Below, piece after piece: positions 1-9,646 of a DNA stretch of 16,658 bases; position 1 is the stretch's first letter, and each line of letters begins with the position of its first letter. The DNA comes from Paraspadella gotoi (Eukaryota > Animalia > Chaetognatha). Made by a program: the position numbers and the translations under genes. The stretch covers positions 1-16,658 of the forward strand of contig JBJCIZ010001089.1 of the NCBI GenBank assembly GCA_051294375.1, written 5' to 3'. The notes beneath the pieces are model-generated. The model was not told the origin of the DNA, did not search any database, and saw nothing but the letters and a program-made list of their open reading frames with translations.

Positions 1-970
1 CAATAGAGCCTTTTCTCTCTCCGAAGTGATATTTGTTTCTTCTAACGGTTGTTTAATTTTAAGATGTGATTTTGTAACATTGTAAACATGAAAAGCACGA
101 GAAATAAATAAAAAAATCGAAAAGCAAAAAACTTAAAGAGAGAGAGAAAAAGAGTCAGAGAACGGCATTTTAGATGTGATTAACTGATTATTGTAACACA
201 TTGTAACATTTAAAAAGCTCGGAGAAAATATTAAAAAATAGAAAGCAAAAACTTAGAGAGGAGAGAGAGAAAATAGTCAAAGCGGTATTTTCGCGATATT
301 CTCTCGCACCACAGACCCGCGACGATCGCCCGCGCGGTAGAGAAAGGAAGAGGATCTCGCTCATTTTTCGAGAGTCAGCCGACGGGATGACCTCCGACCT
401 TCGACCGCGGTAAGAGAGAAAGAAGGGAGGGAAAGCCTTTTGGTCGTCTCGCGGCTCGGTCGATTGTCGACACACCCCCATGCTCTCTTCGTCTCTCTTC
501 CTCTCTCGCTCTCTCTCCTCTCTCTCTCGCTCTCTCTCTTTTCTCTCTTTTCGCGTATCTCTAGAATGGAGTTGTTTTGTTTTTGGGTGTCTTTCAGCCT
601 CTCCTCTTCTCTCTCTCTCCTCTTCTCTTCTCTCTCTCTCTCTCTCTCTCCTCGTCTCTCTTGTGCTCTCTCTCTCTCTCTCTCCCACTCCTACCTTTTT
701 TTATCCTTTCTCTTTTTCAATATTGTATCTTTTTTCATTTTTTTTTAGTCCTGTGCTTCCTCTTGAAACTAAAATCCATTCAAATGTTTTTATTGAATTT
801 ATGGTTATATTTTTCTAATTTTTAATAAGTTTTATTCTTTTTTAAAAAACTCATTATTTAATATTATTTAGTATTATTTTTATTAATATTATATTTATTA
901 TTATTTTTTTTTTTCATTATTATTATCTTGTTAAAAAAACCATTATAAGCAGACATCACTCACTTCGCGA

Positions 971-1043
971 ATCTCTCTCCATAACGACAACAGCCGGCAC
1001 CCACGCTGCGTGTACGAGCGCGTAGAGGAGAAAAGAGAGAGAT
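971..1043. other. Unremoved PacBio SMRTbell adapter (noisy copy); technical artefact
   Basis: Seen: ATCTCTCTC-CATAACGACAAC-[insertions]-GTAGAGGAG-AAAAGAGAGAGAT. Established: the reverse complement of the standard SMRTbell adapter is ATCTCTCTC AACAACAACAAC GGAGGAGGAGG AAAAGAGAGAGAT. The first 9 and last 13 bases match exactly, and it sits at the symmetry centre of the long inverted repeat. Confidence 0.92.
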
Positions 1044-1886
1044 CGGCGGAAGGAAGTGCATTTATAGGTTTTTTTTAAAAAGTTAATAATCCATGAAAAA
1101 AATAATAATAAATAATAATATAAAAAATAATACTAAATGATATTAAAATGAGTTTTTAAAAAAAGAATAAACTATTAAAATTGAGAGAAAATATAACAAA
1201 TCACATAATTATGAAACATTTGAAATAGATTTTTAGATTTCAAGGAGGAAGCACGAGGCGAGACTACAAAAAAAATGAAAAAGATAATCATAAAAAATCA
1301 AATTGAAAAAAGAGGCACAACCTACAACCGGATAGTATTAGCAGAGAGACGAGAGAGACACGACGTCAGAGCAGAGGGAGAGAGAGAGAGAGAGACAGAG
1401 ACAGAGAGGCACCGACCAGACCGACCGACACCCCACAGACCCAGACCAGCGCGCCACACCCCACACACCAACGCGCTGGACAGTTCACAACAACCACCCA
1501 CCACACACCCACACTCCATTTCTAGAGATGACGCCGCAACAGCACGCACGAACCACAGCGACACGCCCACACCAGAGCACAGACACACCCCGAGAGCACA
1601 CCAACACCCCAAACACACACCGCACACACACCAGAGATGGCCGGGAGAAGAGAGAGAGAGCGAAGAGCGAGAAAGAGGCAAGAGAGGCCATGGGGTTTGG
1701 TCCGAACAATGCGACCGAGCCGCGAGACGACCAAAAGGCTTCCCTCTCCTTTCGCTCCTCTCTTTCTTACCGCCGGTCGAAGGTCGGAGGTCATCCGCGT
1801 CGGTGACTCTCGAAAAATGAGCGAGATCCTCTTCCTTTCTCTACCGACGGGCGATCGTCGCGGGTCTCGGGTGCGAAAGATCCGCA

Positions 1887-2117
1887 AAAATACCGCTTTG
1901 ACTATTTGTCTCTCTCTCTCTCTCTAAGTTTTTGCTTTTCTATTTTTTATTATTTTCTCGAGCTTTTTAAATGTTACAATGTGTTACAATAATCAGTTAA
2001 TCACATCTAAAATGCCGCTCTGACTCTTTTTCTCTCTCTCTTTAAGTTTTTGCTTTTCGATTTTTTTATTATTTTCTCGTGCTTTTTAAATGTTACAATG
2101 TTACAATAATCACATTT
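1887..2117 (+). repeat. Diverged tandem duplication, 2 copies of ~110-120 bp (1887-2008, 2009-2117); mirrored at ~62-291
   Basis: Both copies read aaaat[a/g]ccgct[t/c]tgact..(ct)n..taagtttttgcttttc[t/g]atttttt..attttctcg[a/t]gctttttaaatgttacaatg..ttacaataatca..cacat. The copy-specific differences recur in the opposite palindrome arm, so they were in the template. Confidence 0.85.
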
Positions 2118-2429
2118 AAAATAAAAACTTGAAAAAATATTCATGAGGAAGGCTGAATATTTTTATGTTGAGATACCTGCAGAAATTTCTTTAGCTAATT
2201 TTTTTCTAGTGAAAAAAGAATAAAGCATATATAGTAAAATATGCTTCCCAATGCAATATGATCATTTCAATTTGATAAACAATCTTTTAACCTTATCAAG
2301 ATGTATAACTATAAGGTTTATCACTTTTAAAGTCTCAAATCCGTATGAAAATAAAATTTATTGAAGAGCAGTGAAATATATTTATAATTGAAGCATTTTT
2401 TTGTGGTCTTTTTTTTCTATGGGATTTAC

Positions 2430-2545
2430 TTGCCAGCAGAAAAATAATTATAAGAAGTAACATCATTTTTTTTCATAAGTAATATATTTCGACGTCTTTC
2501 TTTTTTCTAATATCTAATTTCTTACAATTATTTTTCTGCTGGCAA
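2430..2545. repeat. 27-bp inverted repeat with 62-nt spacer (MITE-like or hairpin)
   Basis: 2430-2456 TTGCCAGCAGAAAAATAATTATAAGAA versus the reverse complement of 2519-2545 TTGCCAGCAGAAAAATAATTGTAAGAA: 26/27 identical. No adapter sequence in the spacer and no clear target-site duplication. Confidence 0.8.
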
Positions 2546-2549
2546 AAAA

Positions 2550-2812
2550 AATGAGTTTAATGAATCGCATCTTGTAAGAATGACTATTCTGAAAAACTAT
2601 TATTGATATTAACAGTTAAATAACTTATTTTCGAGTTTAATTTATGTATAACTGTAGCAAGTGGTAAGTCTGGAGAGACATTATTAAAGGAACTTTTGTT
2701 TTACTTTTAGCCCGCATAAGCGAGCAGAGTGATCGAACGCGACATCTCTAAACACTGTCAGAATTCCCAGACAAAAGACAAAGTTAAACTTGAACCAGAC
2801 TGACGAAGCAAA
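2550..2812. CDS. Possible exon(s), strand unresolved
   Basis: Higher-complexity island in AT-rich DNA. Plus strand has a donor-like G|GTAAGT (2664) and acceptor-like TTTTAG (2710). Minus strand gives a protein-like read (FNNVSPDLPLATVIHKLNSK). I cannot decide between them at this error rate. Confidence 0.25.
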
Positions 2813-3536
2813 GTAAAGTGAGAATACAAAATTAAAAATTCAATAATTTTATTGTTAAAATTTTACTTTGACGACCGGGGTTTTGGCGTTTTTTGAAAAA
2901 CTTCCTAAAATATTTATTTAAACATTTTTTTAAAAATTATTACCGAATTACCCTAACCATTGCTCAAATGTAATTGTTTATTTCTCTCTCTCTCTCTCTC
3001 TCTCCTCTCTCTCTCCTCTCCTCTCTCTCTCTCACCATTTCACCAAATTTCACTTCTTTTCACCACTTATTCAATCTAGCCTAACTAAATCTGTCCTCTA
3101 CACTGACCACTAATCTCTCTCAATTCTTTGTTGGAAACTTTAACCTTTTATCTCTCTCTCGTCTTTTTTCTTTAAAGACTCACCAAATTATCCCATTATT
3201 CACAACTGTTAATAAGGCGGCTTATGTAGAGCTCGAAAAAATATGTTGCATTTTCTAATTATAATAAAACCGTTGTAACATTCAAAAATTCTTTGGTAAA
3301 TTTTTATTTTTCAAAAAGTTACTTATTTCTATTGGGCAAATTATATCCATATATATTTTCCTATTGCTGCAATTGACTGATTTTTCATGATGAAATGATA
3401 AATTTCCTAGCCTAAAATTCGAGAAGTAGCACGTCGCGAAAGAGGGAGCGAAAGGAGAGAGAGAGAGGAAAGGAGAAGGAAGAGAATCCCTCTTCGCTTC
3501 GCGGAACGAAGACAGAGCGAATCAGGAGCGACTTAC

Positions 3537-4193
3537 TTTCGCCGCTGAGGAAGTGTCCGCGGCGATCGGCGCTAGGACCCAATCAGCGTCGAGATTAGTG
3601 GAGGGAAAGTCAACCATATGCCTTCTCTCGTCTCTCTCTCTCATGCTCTCTCTCTCTGCTTCTCCTCTCTCCCTCCTTTTCACTTTTCTCTGCCTGCGAG
3701 CTTGGGTCCGTTCCGGCCCTCGCCTCCCTATCTTCCGCTCTTTTTTATTTTCCTTTAATTTAATAAAGAAATATTCTCTCTCTCTCTCTCATCTTCAAAC
3801 TTTCGTCTCTCTCCGTCCTCTGTCTTCTCTCCTTCGTCTCCTCCCTCCATCGTCTCGTCTCCTCGTCTCTCTCGGCACATAGAGAGAAGCGCCGCTCGCG
3901 GCGACGGGGCCGACATGGGGGGAGGAAGATTTCTCGCGCCGGCGGCGATAAAGGGGAGAAACATCGATGGAGCTTGTTACAGGATAAACCGAAAATAACA
4001 AAAACAAAAGACGCCAACGCAAACACGGAGGGAGGAGCTTTACGGATCGAGAGCGGGGAATACAACAAGGCCGGAGTCTAAACCGGTGGGAGTCGAAAGC
4101 GAAGCGCGCCCGAGGATTTGAAAAAGATGATCGTCACAGCGAAGGAAAGAAGAACGGATGTAAAAAGGAAAGGGAAAGACTTTGGTAAACTCC
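3537..4193 (-). CDS. Probable exon(s) of the minus-strand gene, frameshifted by read errors (S/P-rich then charged)
   Basis: Acceptor-like (ct)n-CAG ending at 4194 and donor AAA|GTAAGT at 3536. Protein-like fragments in alternating frames: GRASLSTPTGLDSG, LYSPLSIRKAPPSVF, AAGARNLPPPMSAPSPRAA, MVDFPSTNLDADWVLAPIAADTSSAAK. Confidence 0.45.
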
Positions 4194-4229
4194 CTGAGAG
4201 AGAGAGAAGAGGAGAGGAGAGAAGAGAGT

Positions 4230-4263
<34 letters not shown>

Positions 4264-4339
4264 AGAGAGAAGAGGAAGGAGAGAAGAGAGGGGAAAAAAA
4301 GGGTGGGAAGAACATCTGTAATTTAAAAGACACTGGCTA

Positions 4340-4505
4340 ACGCGCGGAGCTGGGTACACGACCGGGTTCTTTGCCCCTTTTTGTTTTTTTAACGAAAGGG
4401 ATCGTTGTCGGCCCTACTCCAAGCAACGTCTGTCGTTGATGGTCAAGAATATGACGCAGCCCGCCGGCGCCCGACCGCAGGGCCGCTGACCTTACGCCCT
4501 GACCG
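4340..4505 (-). CDS. Probable exon fragment
   Basis: Open frame GQGVRSAALRSGAGGLRHILDHQRQTLLGVGPTTIPFVKKTKRGKEPGRVPSSAR, downstream of a strong donor GG|GTAAGT at 4587. Boundaries are uncertain. Confidence 0.4.
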
Positions 4506-4587
4506 CAGGGGGGGACCCGTGGGAATATCAAACAAGGTCTCGGGAAGAGAAGAGGGATACGACGGAGGATGATTATAACAAACTTAC

Positions 4588-5510
4588 CCCAGGATACCAT
4601 GCAGTTTGATAAGGAGGTTAAAGAAAGCAGAGGCCGAGGAGAAAACGAGAGGGGAAGATGGGACAAGAGAAGAGGACGAGAGGAAAGGAGTGACAGGAAG
4701 ATGAGGGTTAAGGAGGAGGAAGGGAGAGAAGAAAGAAAATGGCGGCTACAGAAAGGATATGATGTAGTGGGGCGACGCGGTAAGACGTCTCGGGGCGGAA
4801 GGGAGAAAAGGTCGTGCACGAAAAGAATTGAACGAGTTCCGGAAGTTTAAACTCAGAGGATTGATATTGATCTGAACGAAGACGAGTATGGCGACGACGA
4901 TAAAAACGACGACGAATTTTTCCTGAGTGACGGAAAATTCCGTCGAGGTTTAGAATATGGAGAAATTAAAAATTAAATTAATGGTGTTGTTATGTTTGGA
5001 GAAACAGTAGGATATATGAAGATGTTTTAAACGTGATGCCGCAATTCACTAAGAAGGTCAGCACGTCGGAGTAAGCCTGGATAGACGGTGTGTTAAGATA
5101 AAGTTGTTTATTTGATTAGTTTGTGTAAGCGTTGATTTTTAAATTTTAAAATGTGAAATGCGAATGGTTTTCGAAGCCTTGATCGAGAGTGAAGTCGGAA
5201 CTGCGTTGGAATGGATTGTTCTTAGGAGTTAGGGTGAGAAGAGCTTGAGATCTGAAAGCATAGGCGAAAGGAATGAGTAAAAAGATTTTTGACGGCCCTC
5301 ACGTCATCCCCGGAGAAAGAAGAGAGCGAACGCTCGTGAGTCGGGAAACGAAAAGGGAGAAATCCTGGCCGGGGCCGAAGACCCTTGGGACAGCACTGGG
5401 TGCAATATGTGGCGGAGAATAGCGGAAGAAACCAAGAAGGTCGGAGGTCGGAGAAGTAAAAGTCAACCGACCGAACGACGGGAACGACCGATGGACCGAT
5501 GATGATGACA
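4588..5510 (-). CDS. Probable Ser-rich exon(s), error-disrupted
   Basis: Donor GTAAGT at 4587 and acceptor-like GCTTTCAG near 5252. Fragments SQALLTLTPKNNPFQRSSDFTLDQGFENHSHF and FTSPTSDLLGFFRYSPPHIAPSAVPRVFGPGQDFS. Confidence 0.35.
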
Positions 5511-5791
5511 AAAAAAGAATACAAAAAGGAAGACGAGGAATGTAAATAAACTAATATGAAAACTGAAAAAAGATTGCCTTCGGAAAAAAGTGTTTTGTTT
5601 TTGTTTAAAAAAAAGGAAAAGAGAAAGGGCGCATCCAACCCCTTTATCCTTCCGCTGTCTTTTCCAGCTTTTAAATAGAACGGAATCCGGAGATATCTTT
5701 TCGATTTCCCGGAAAATCCTGTGGTGATCCATTGAAGTCTTTACGGGGCCTTTTTGTTACCAATCTTCCTGTCGCGATTCGATCTCCTTAC

Positions 5792-5983
5792 CTTCCCTCT
5801 TCTAAAACTGATGGATGCCCATTCCGGGTTCGGGAGTCTTTTCTCTCTGCTTTCTCGCTTTCGCTCCCCCAATGCCCACCCTTGTGCGCTGACAGGAATC
5901 CGAGAAAACCGAAGACGACGAAAAGAACGGAACCCGGACCCCCGGACATGACGACGGCCGGCCCAGGTGTTCGGCGGAATCCC
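5792..5983 (-). CDS. Probable exon
   Basis: Pyrimidine tract plus TTTAG acceptor (AG at 5985-5984) and candidate donor AAG|GTAAGG at 5791. Reads GDSAEHLGRPSSCPG..SSSSVFSDSCQRT in one frame. It may extend further toward ~5620. Confidence 0.45.
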
Positions 5984-6350
5984 CTAAATTCCGAGGAAGA
6001 AAAATAACAAAAGGGACGCGGGAAAACAATGAAAAGTCGGGTGCAGATCAAATAGAAAACAAAACCTGGAGGGCTGGACGCCGAGCAATCAGGGCCCGGA
6101 GGAGAAAGAGGAGAGATGGGAGAGAGGGAGGGGAGCAGAGAGAGATGAGAGGGAGGATGGGAGCCAGCGAGACCAGAGACAGGAGTGAACAGAGAAAAGA
6201 AGGGGAAATAAAAATAAGACTGGAGAGGGTGAGAAAGCAAGGAGAAAGAGGAGGAGGGGTCGAGAGGATAGAAATGAGGAGAATAGGAGTTAAATTTTAG
6301 GAGAGGGAAGGAGGAAAGAGGGAAGCGAAGGCCAAATAACGACAAATTAC

Positions 6351-6854
6351 CTCCGGAAGAAAGGCCCCAGACGGCCGGCAGATGCGGCCAAGGTGGCCGA
6401 AGACAGATGTGTGGAATCATGGGGAATGGAGGGTTGCCCAGTATGAGCGGGAGTTTGGAATGGAGCGTGCGGAATTGCTTCTTGTTTTGGGTCCGGAAAT
6501 GGATCCCGCGAATTGTTTACGTCCGGAATCGTACGGTCGAAGATCGAACTCGGGAGGGTGCTGGCGGTTCCATTATGCAGAGTGCCGATCGACAACAGCG
6601 ACGGAGATGCAAACGGGAGGCGATGTATTTATCGAGCAGAGAAATGGTATGAAAAAGGGCGTGGGATTGCAAATCGGGGTTTCTGCAATGTGAGGTCGAA
6701 GTTGGGCTCGGGGGACGGGTTAGAAAGGGGTTGGATCACGTTATGAGATGTTGGGCGGCTAATGGTGGAGCGCCGACAGGCGACCCAATGGAGAAATGGA
6801 ATACAGACGATAGAGATGTTAGTGTGGATAAAGGAGTTGTGGGAATATGGTTTC
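6351..6854 (-). CDS. Exon encoding a Ser/Pro/Thr-rich segment
   Basis: Acceptor TTCAATCAG| at 6855 and donor GAG|GTAATT at 6350. With a few indels it reads NHIPTTPLSTLTSLSSVFHFSIGSPVGAPPLAAQ..NVIQPLSNPSPEPNFDLTLQKPRFAIPRPFSY..SLLSIGTLHNGTASTLPSSIFDRTIPDVNNSRDPFPDPKQEAIPHAPFQTPAHTGQPSIPHDSTHLSSATLAASAGRLG (includes ORF 6347-6595). Confidence 0.65.
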
Positions 6855-7043
6855 CTGATTGAACATTAAGTTAATGAATTAACGATTGGTTACAATTTCA
6901 AGATAGACAGATAAGGCGGGCTTCGGGGTGCGAGTGCCGCGCTCGTCCGGGAAAGGCGTGGAGACGAGAGGAGGGGGATAGAGATCCGAGGAGGAGGGGC
7001 ATTTGTAGTTATTGTTTTGGTTTTCGCGAGTCTTTTATTTTAC

Positions 7044-7227
7044 CTGGGTCGAGGGCTCGCAGAAAAAAAATATTGCGCAAGAATGAGAAAATAAAAGTTC
7101 GGAACGTTTATATATATTTATTAAAAGAGAGTTTGGGAGAGAGGGAGAATTGTTGTTGTTTAGGAAAGAGCTACACTGTGAATTAATATTCGGTTTTAAA
7201 TTGAGAATGTTTGGTTGGAAACGAGAA
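7044..7227 (-). CDS. Probable exon
   Basis: Acceptor CCTTAG| at 7228 after a T-rich tract and donor CAG|GTAAAA at 7043. Reads SRFQPNILNLKPNINSQCSSFLNNNNSPSLPNS... Confidence 0.5.
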
Positions 7228-7288
7228 CTAAGGCGGAATCGTAAAAAAATAATAAAAAGGAAACAAAAAAAAAAAAAAGAACACGCAC

Positions 7289-7478
7289 TCAAAAAGAAAA
7301 GAGAAACTAAGATCTTTAGTTCATTTCGGTTGGAGTGAGAAGGCGGAGAAAAACTGTTTGTGAAAGAGCGAAGTGAAAGTGAAAGCCAATCAGGATTACT
7401 TTCAAAAAGGGAAGACGAACGAAAACGAAGACGAGGACTAGGAAAAAATTGTGGATTAAAAGTCTGCTGCAGCTGAAC
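7289..7478 (-). CDS. Probable exon
   Basis: Acceptor TTTTATTTTTAG| at 7479 and candidate donor GA|GTGCGT at 7288 (61-nt intron). Uninterrupted frame VQLQQTFNPQFFPSPRLRFRSSSLFESNPDWLSLSLRSFTNSFSPPSHSNRNELKI. Confidence 0.55.
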
Positions 7479-7529
7479 CTAAAAATAAAAAAAAAAGATT
7501 TGTGGGAGGCAAAAGCGTGGGCCGTCGGG

Positions 7530-7701
7530 CGGCCGTCGTCCTACGTCGTCGTCGGTTCTTGGTCGTCGTCCGTCTACGTTCGTCGTCCGCTGGCGTCGTC
7601 GGTAAGTCCTTGCATCATCTCTCGCTCCAGGGATTCAAAAAACCCGTCAGAATCGCATTGTTGTCAAATTGAAGGCAGAAGAGAGAGAGAGAGAGAGAGA
7701 C

Positions 7702-7733
<32 letters not shown>

Positions 7734-7980
7734 GAGAGGGAGAGAGGAGAGAAGAGTTAAGGGTCGGTAGATCGCCCTCGGGGTGAGTTTCGCTCCAATG
7801 GCGAGAGGGCGTTGGCAGGTGGCGTCTCAACGCGTGCGCCCTCTTCACATCACGTGATCCCCGGTGCGAGTTGAAATCGTCCTCGAAACCTACTGGGCGT
7901 CTAAGAGAGTCTCGGTTCAACGAACACGGGTTTAACCGTATCTCGTCATTAGTTCAAACAGTGGATTGTATAAGTTAGCT
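7530..7980 (-). CDS. Probable exon (3' boundary uncertain)
   Basis: Acceptor at 7981, in phase with the upstream exon (AG|A = Arg). Reads RANLYNPLFELMTRYG/LNPCSLNRDSLRRPVGFEDDFNSHRGSRDVKRAHALRRHLPTPSRHWSETHPEGDLPTLNSS..(CT tract)..FDNNAILTG/FESLEREMMQGLTDDASG. Confidence 0.55.
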
Positions 7981-8154
7981 CTTGTCAAGTAAAATGATAA
8001 GGTATTAGTGAAGTTAGTACTTTCAAAATTTTAAAATTGGCTATTTTGACGCTGAGTCATCAAGACGAATTTTCATTCACCTTTGTTATGGCACTTTTGT
8101 TTTGATTGGATTTGTATTGAACTTTTTTTTATAGCTATGTTGTCGGCTTCTCAC

Positions 8155-8427
8155 CTCGCCGTGCAGCCGATCAGTTGGCTGCTTACGTTTGCATTTCGTT
8201 TTTTCTTGCCGTGACCCGGACGAATCACCCTACGTCGGTCGGTAGCTGAAAGCTGTGACACGGTGCCGCACGTCTGTGACTTCCAGCTGGCACACGTGTC
8301 GAAGGCGATAGAAGAGAGAAGACGCGAGCAGGGCGGTGAGTCCGTAGAGAGAGAGGAAACAAAAAAGCAAAACGACAGACACGGATAGACCACACAAAGG
8401 GAAACAGAAAAGTAGCATTGACCTTGC
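8155..8427 (-). CDS. Exon (273 nt, phase 2-2)
   Basis: Acceptor TTCATTCTTCAG| at 8428 and donor GAG|GTGAGA at 8154. Open throughout (inside ORF 8151-8474): QGQCYFSVS..DSPPCSRLLSSIAFDTCASWKSQTCGTVSQLSATDRRRVIRPGHGKKKRNANVSSQLIGCTAR. Confidence 0.65.
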
Positions 8428-8826
8428 CTGAAGAATGAAAGACAGAAGAATGGGCGCGGGGAGGGAAGGAGCAAGATTGTTGATGGAGTATTTATGTTAT
8501 GACCGGTTTAATCCTCTGTTGATAATCTTTTGACCTGTTATTATGTCGTGTCATGTATCAGTTGTCGTTTGCAGTTACTATTTCGAAACGGCCCCAAATA
8601 TTAAATTTTAGTGGACAATTTCGATTAATTAGAAAACTAAACAAAACCAAATGATAATTTCATGGCATAAATTGTTTATAAGGTTTTTTTTCTATATCGT
8701 CATAGAGGGAGAAAAACGAATAAACCTTTCGCATCTCCGTTATCTATTATTCTTCCATTCAGACTTTTTTTTACTGGTCCTTTTCTTTTTTTGTTGTCTT
8801 TTTCCTACTGTTCTCCCTTCATTTAC

Positions 8827-8999
8827 CACTTAAGCAAGATCCACCTCACTTGGTGCCCGAGTAATCGTCATTGAGCGGTTGCGAGACCGGGATCGCCGGC
8901 GCCCTGCCCGCGCCTTCCTGCTTTCACAATTCGCTGTTATCCTTGACAGATGAACGCCGGCCATGTGTTGAAATCCCGGCGAGTGCGATGGCCTGCTCC
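8827..8999 (-). CDS. Exon
   Basis: Acceptor TTAATCAG| at 9000 and donor GTG|GTAAAT at 8826 (TG|G = Trp, joining the 8427 exon). Reads EQAIALA../MAGVHLSRITANCESRKARAGRRRSRSRNRSMTITRAPSEVDL with small indels. Confidence 0.6.
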
Positions 9000-9179
9000 C
9001 TGATTAATAGGCGACGGAAAAAAAGTTGAAGAAAACAAAATTGAGCGAATTCTTTCAAGATGTCAACAGAGAAATCTCTCTCTCTCCTCTCTCTCTCCCT
9101 CTTTCTGCTCCCTCGTCTCTCTCTCTCTCTCTCTCTCTCCTGCTCTCTCTCTCCTCTCTCTCTCTCTTCTTTTTCCTCC

Positions 9180-9380
9180 TTCGGGCATTAGCGAGGGACG
9201 GCAACGGCGCTAATTCTTTCCTTATGATGTCACGGCAATGCGTCTTGTTGGAAAAGATTTCAATCCGTTTTAATGTGGGAGGCGTCGGCGGCAGGCGCGG
9301 TGCGGCACTGGCGGCGGCTCTAACAGAGCGATGGCCGCAGACGTTTGAATTATCTACGAGACGATGATGTTTTCCTTTCT
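9180..9380 (-). CDS. Possible exon or GC-rich intronic island
   Basis: Open frame VCGHRSVRAAASAAPRLPPTPPTLKRIEIFSNKTHCRDIIRKELAPLPSLANARR. Splice sites are not clearly seen. Confidence 0.3.
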
Positions 9381-9499
9381 CATTCATTTAGTTGAGTTAT
9401 TTCCTATATTATAAACTAAAAAGCCACCTGTTTGGTAAAAAAAAACGGAAGAGGCCTTCATTTTCTTTTTATCCTCCCTCTCTCTCATTTTATCTGTCC

Positions 9500-9612
9500 T
9501 TCTTATTTCTTTCTTGTCTTGATCTTTCTTTCTTTTCTATTCTTTCTTTCTTATCTTACTTTCTTTCTTTCTTTCTTTCTGTTATGTTACGTTTCTGTTT
9601 CTTTCTTTCTCT
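9500..9612 (+). repeat. Imperfect (CTTT)n tetranucleotide tract, probably intronic
   Basis: Directly visible ttctttctttcttatcttactttctttctttctttctttct. Confidence 0.7.
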
Positions 9613-9646
9613 CTCGCACGTAATGTTTTAAAAAAAAATAAAAAAC

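Larger units (their letters stand above)
1..2160. repeat. Long imperfect inverted repeat (arms ~1-970 and ~1044-2160); fold-back read artefact
   Basis: 61-480 is the reverse complement of ~1690-2120 (e.g. gaggatctcgctcatttttcgagagtca / tgactctcgaaaaatgagcgagatcctc). The AT-rich 700-960 mirrors 1060-1310. Arm differences are dominated by indels, as expected for two noisy passes over one template. Confidence 0.93.

Noticed and set aside
188-825. ORFs 188-688, 440-748, 480-818, 577-825 (RE- or SL-repeat proteins)
   Set aside because: They are translations of stop-free (CT)n/(GA)n tracts within the artefactual duplicate arm.
960-1060. Hairpin telomere, linear plasmid or virus end, or giant foldback transposon
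   Set aside because: The loop matches the SMRTbell adapter, and the arm differences look like read errors.
1275-1820. His/Thr/Pro-rich 181-aa ORF and its antisense Cys/Val/Gly-rich ORF
   Set aside because: They arise from a CA-rich insertion burst that is absent from the mirror arm.
6382-6746. Plus-strand ORFs 6382-6693, 6407-6652, 6513-6746
   Set aside because: They are antisense shadows of the minus-strand exon 6351-6854, which has both splice sites.
7525-7600. (GTC)n/(GAC)n runs here and at ~12055-12126, 14020-14063, 15110-15160 as CRISPR-like or iteron arrays
   Set aside because: They are simple imperfect trinucleotide repeats with no constant repeat-spacer structure.
7790-7860. CCAAT and palindromic ATCACGTGAT (E-box) as a promoter
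   Set aside because: They lie within a probable coding exon, and such short motifs are expected by chance.
8163-8182. Small hairpin GCAGCCGA-TCAG-TTGGCTGC as a terminator
   Set aside because: The context is eukaryotic and exonic, and an 8-bp stem is unremarkable.
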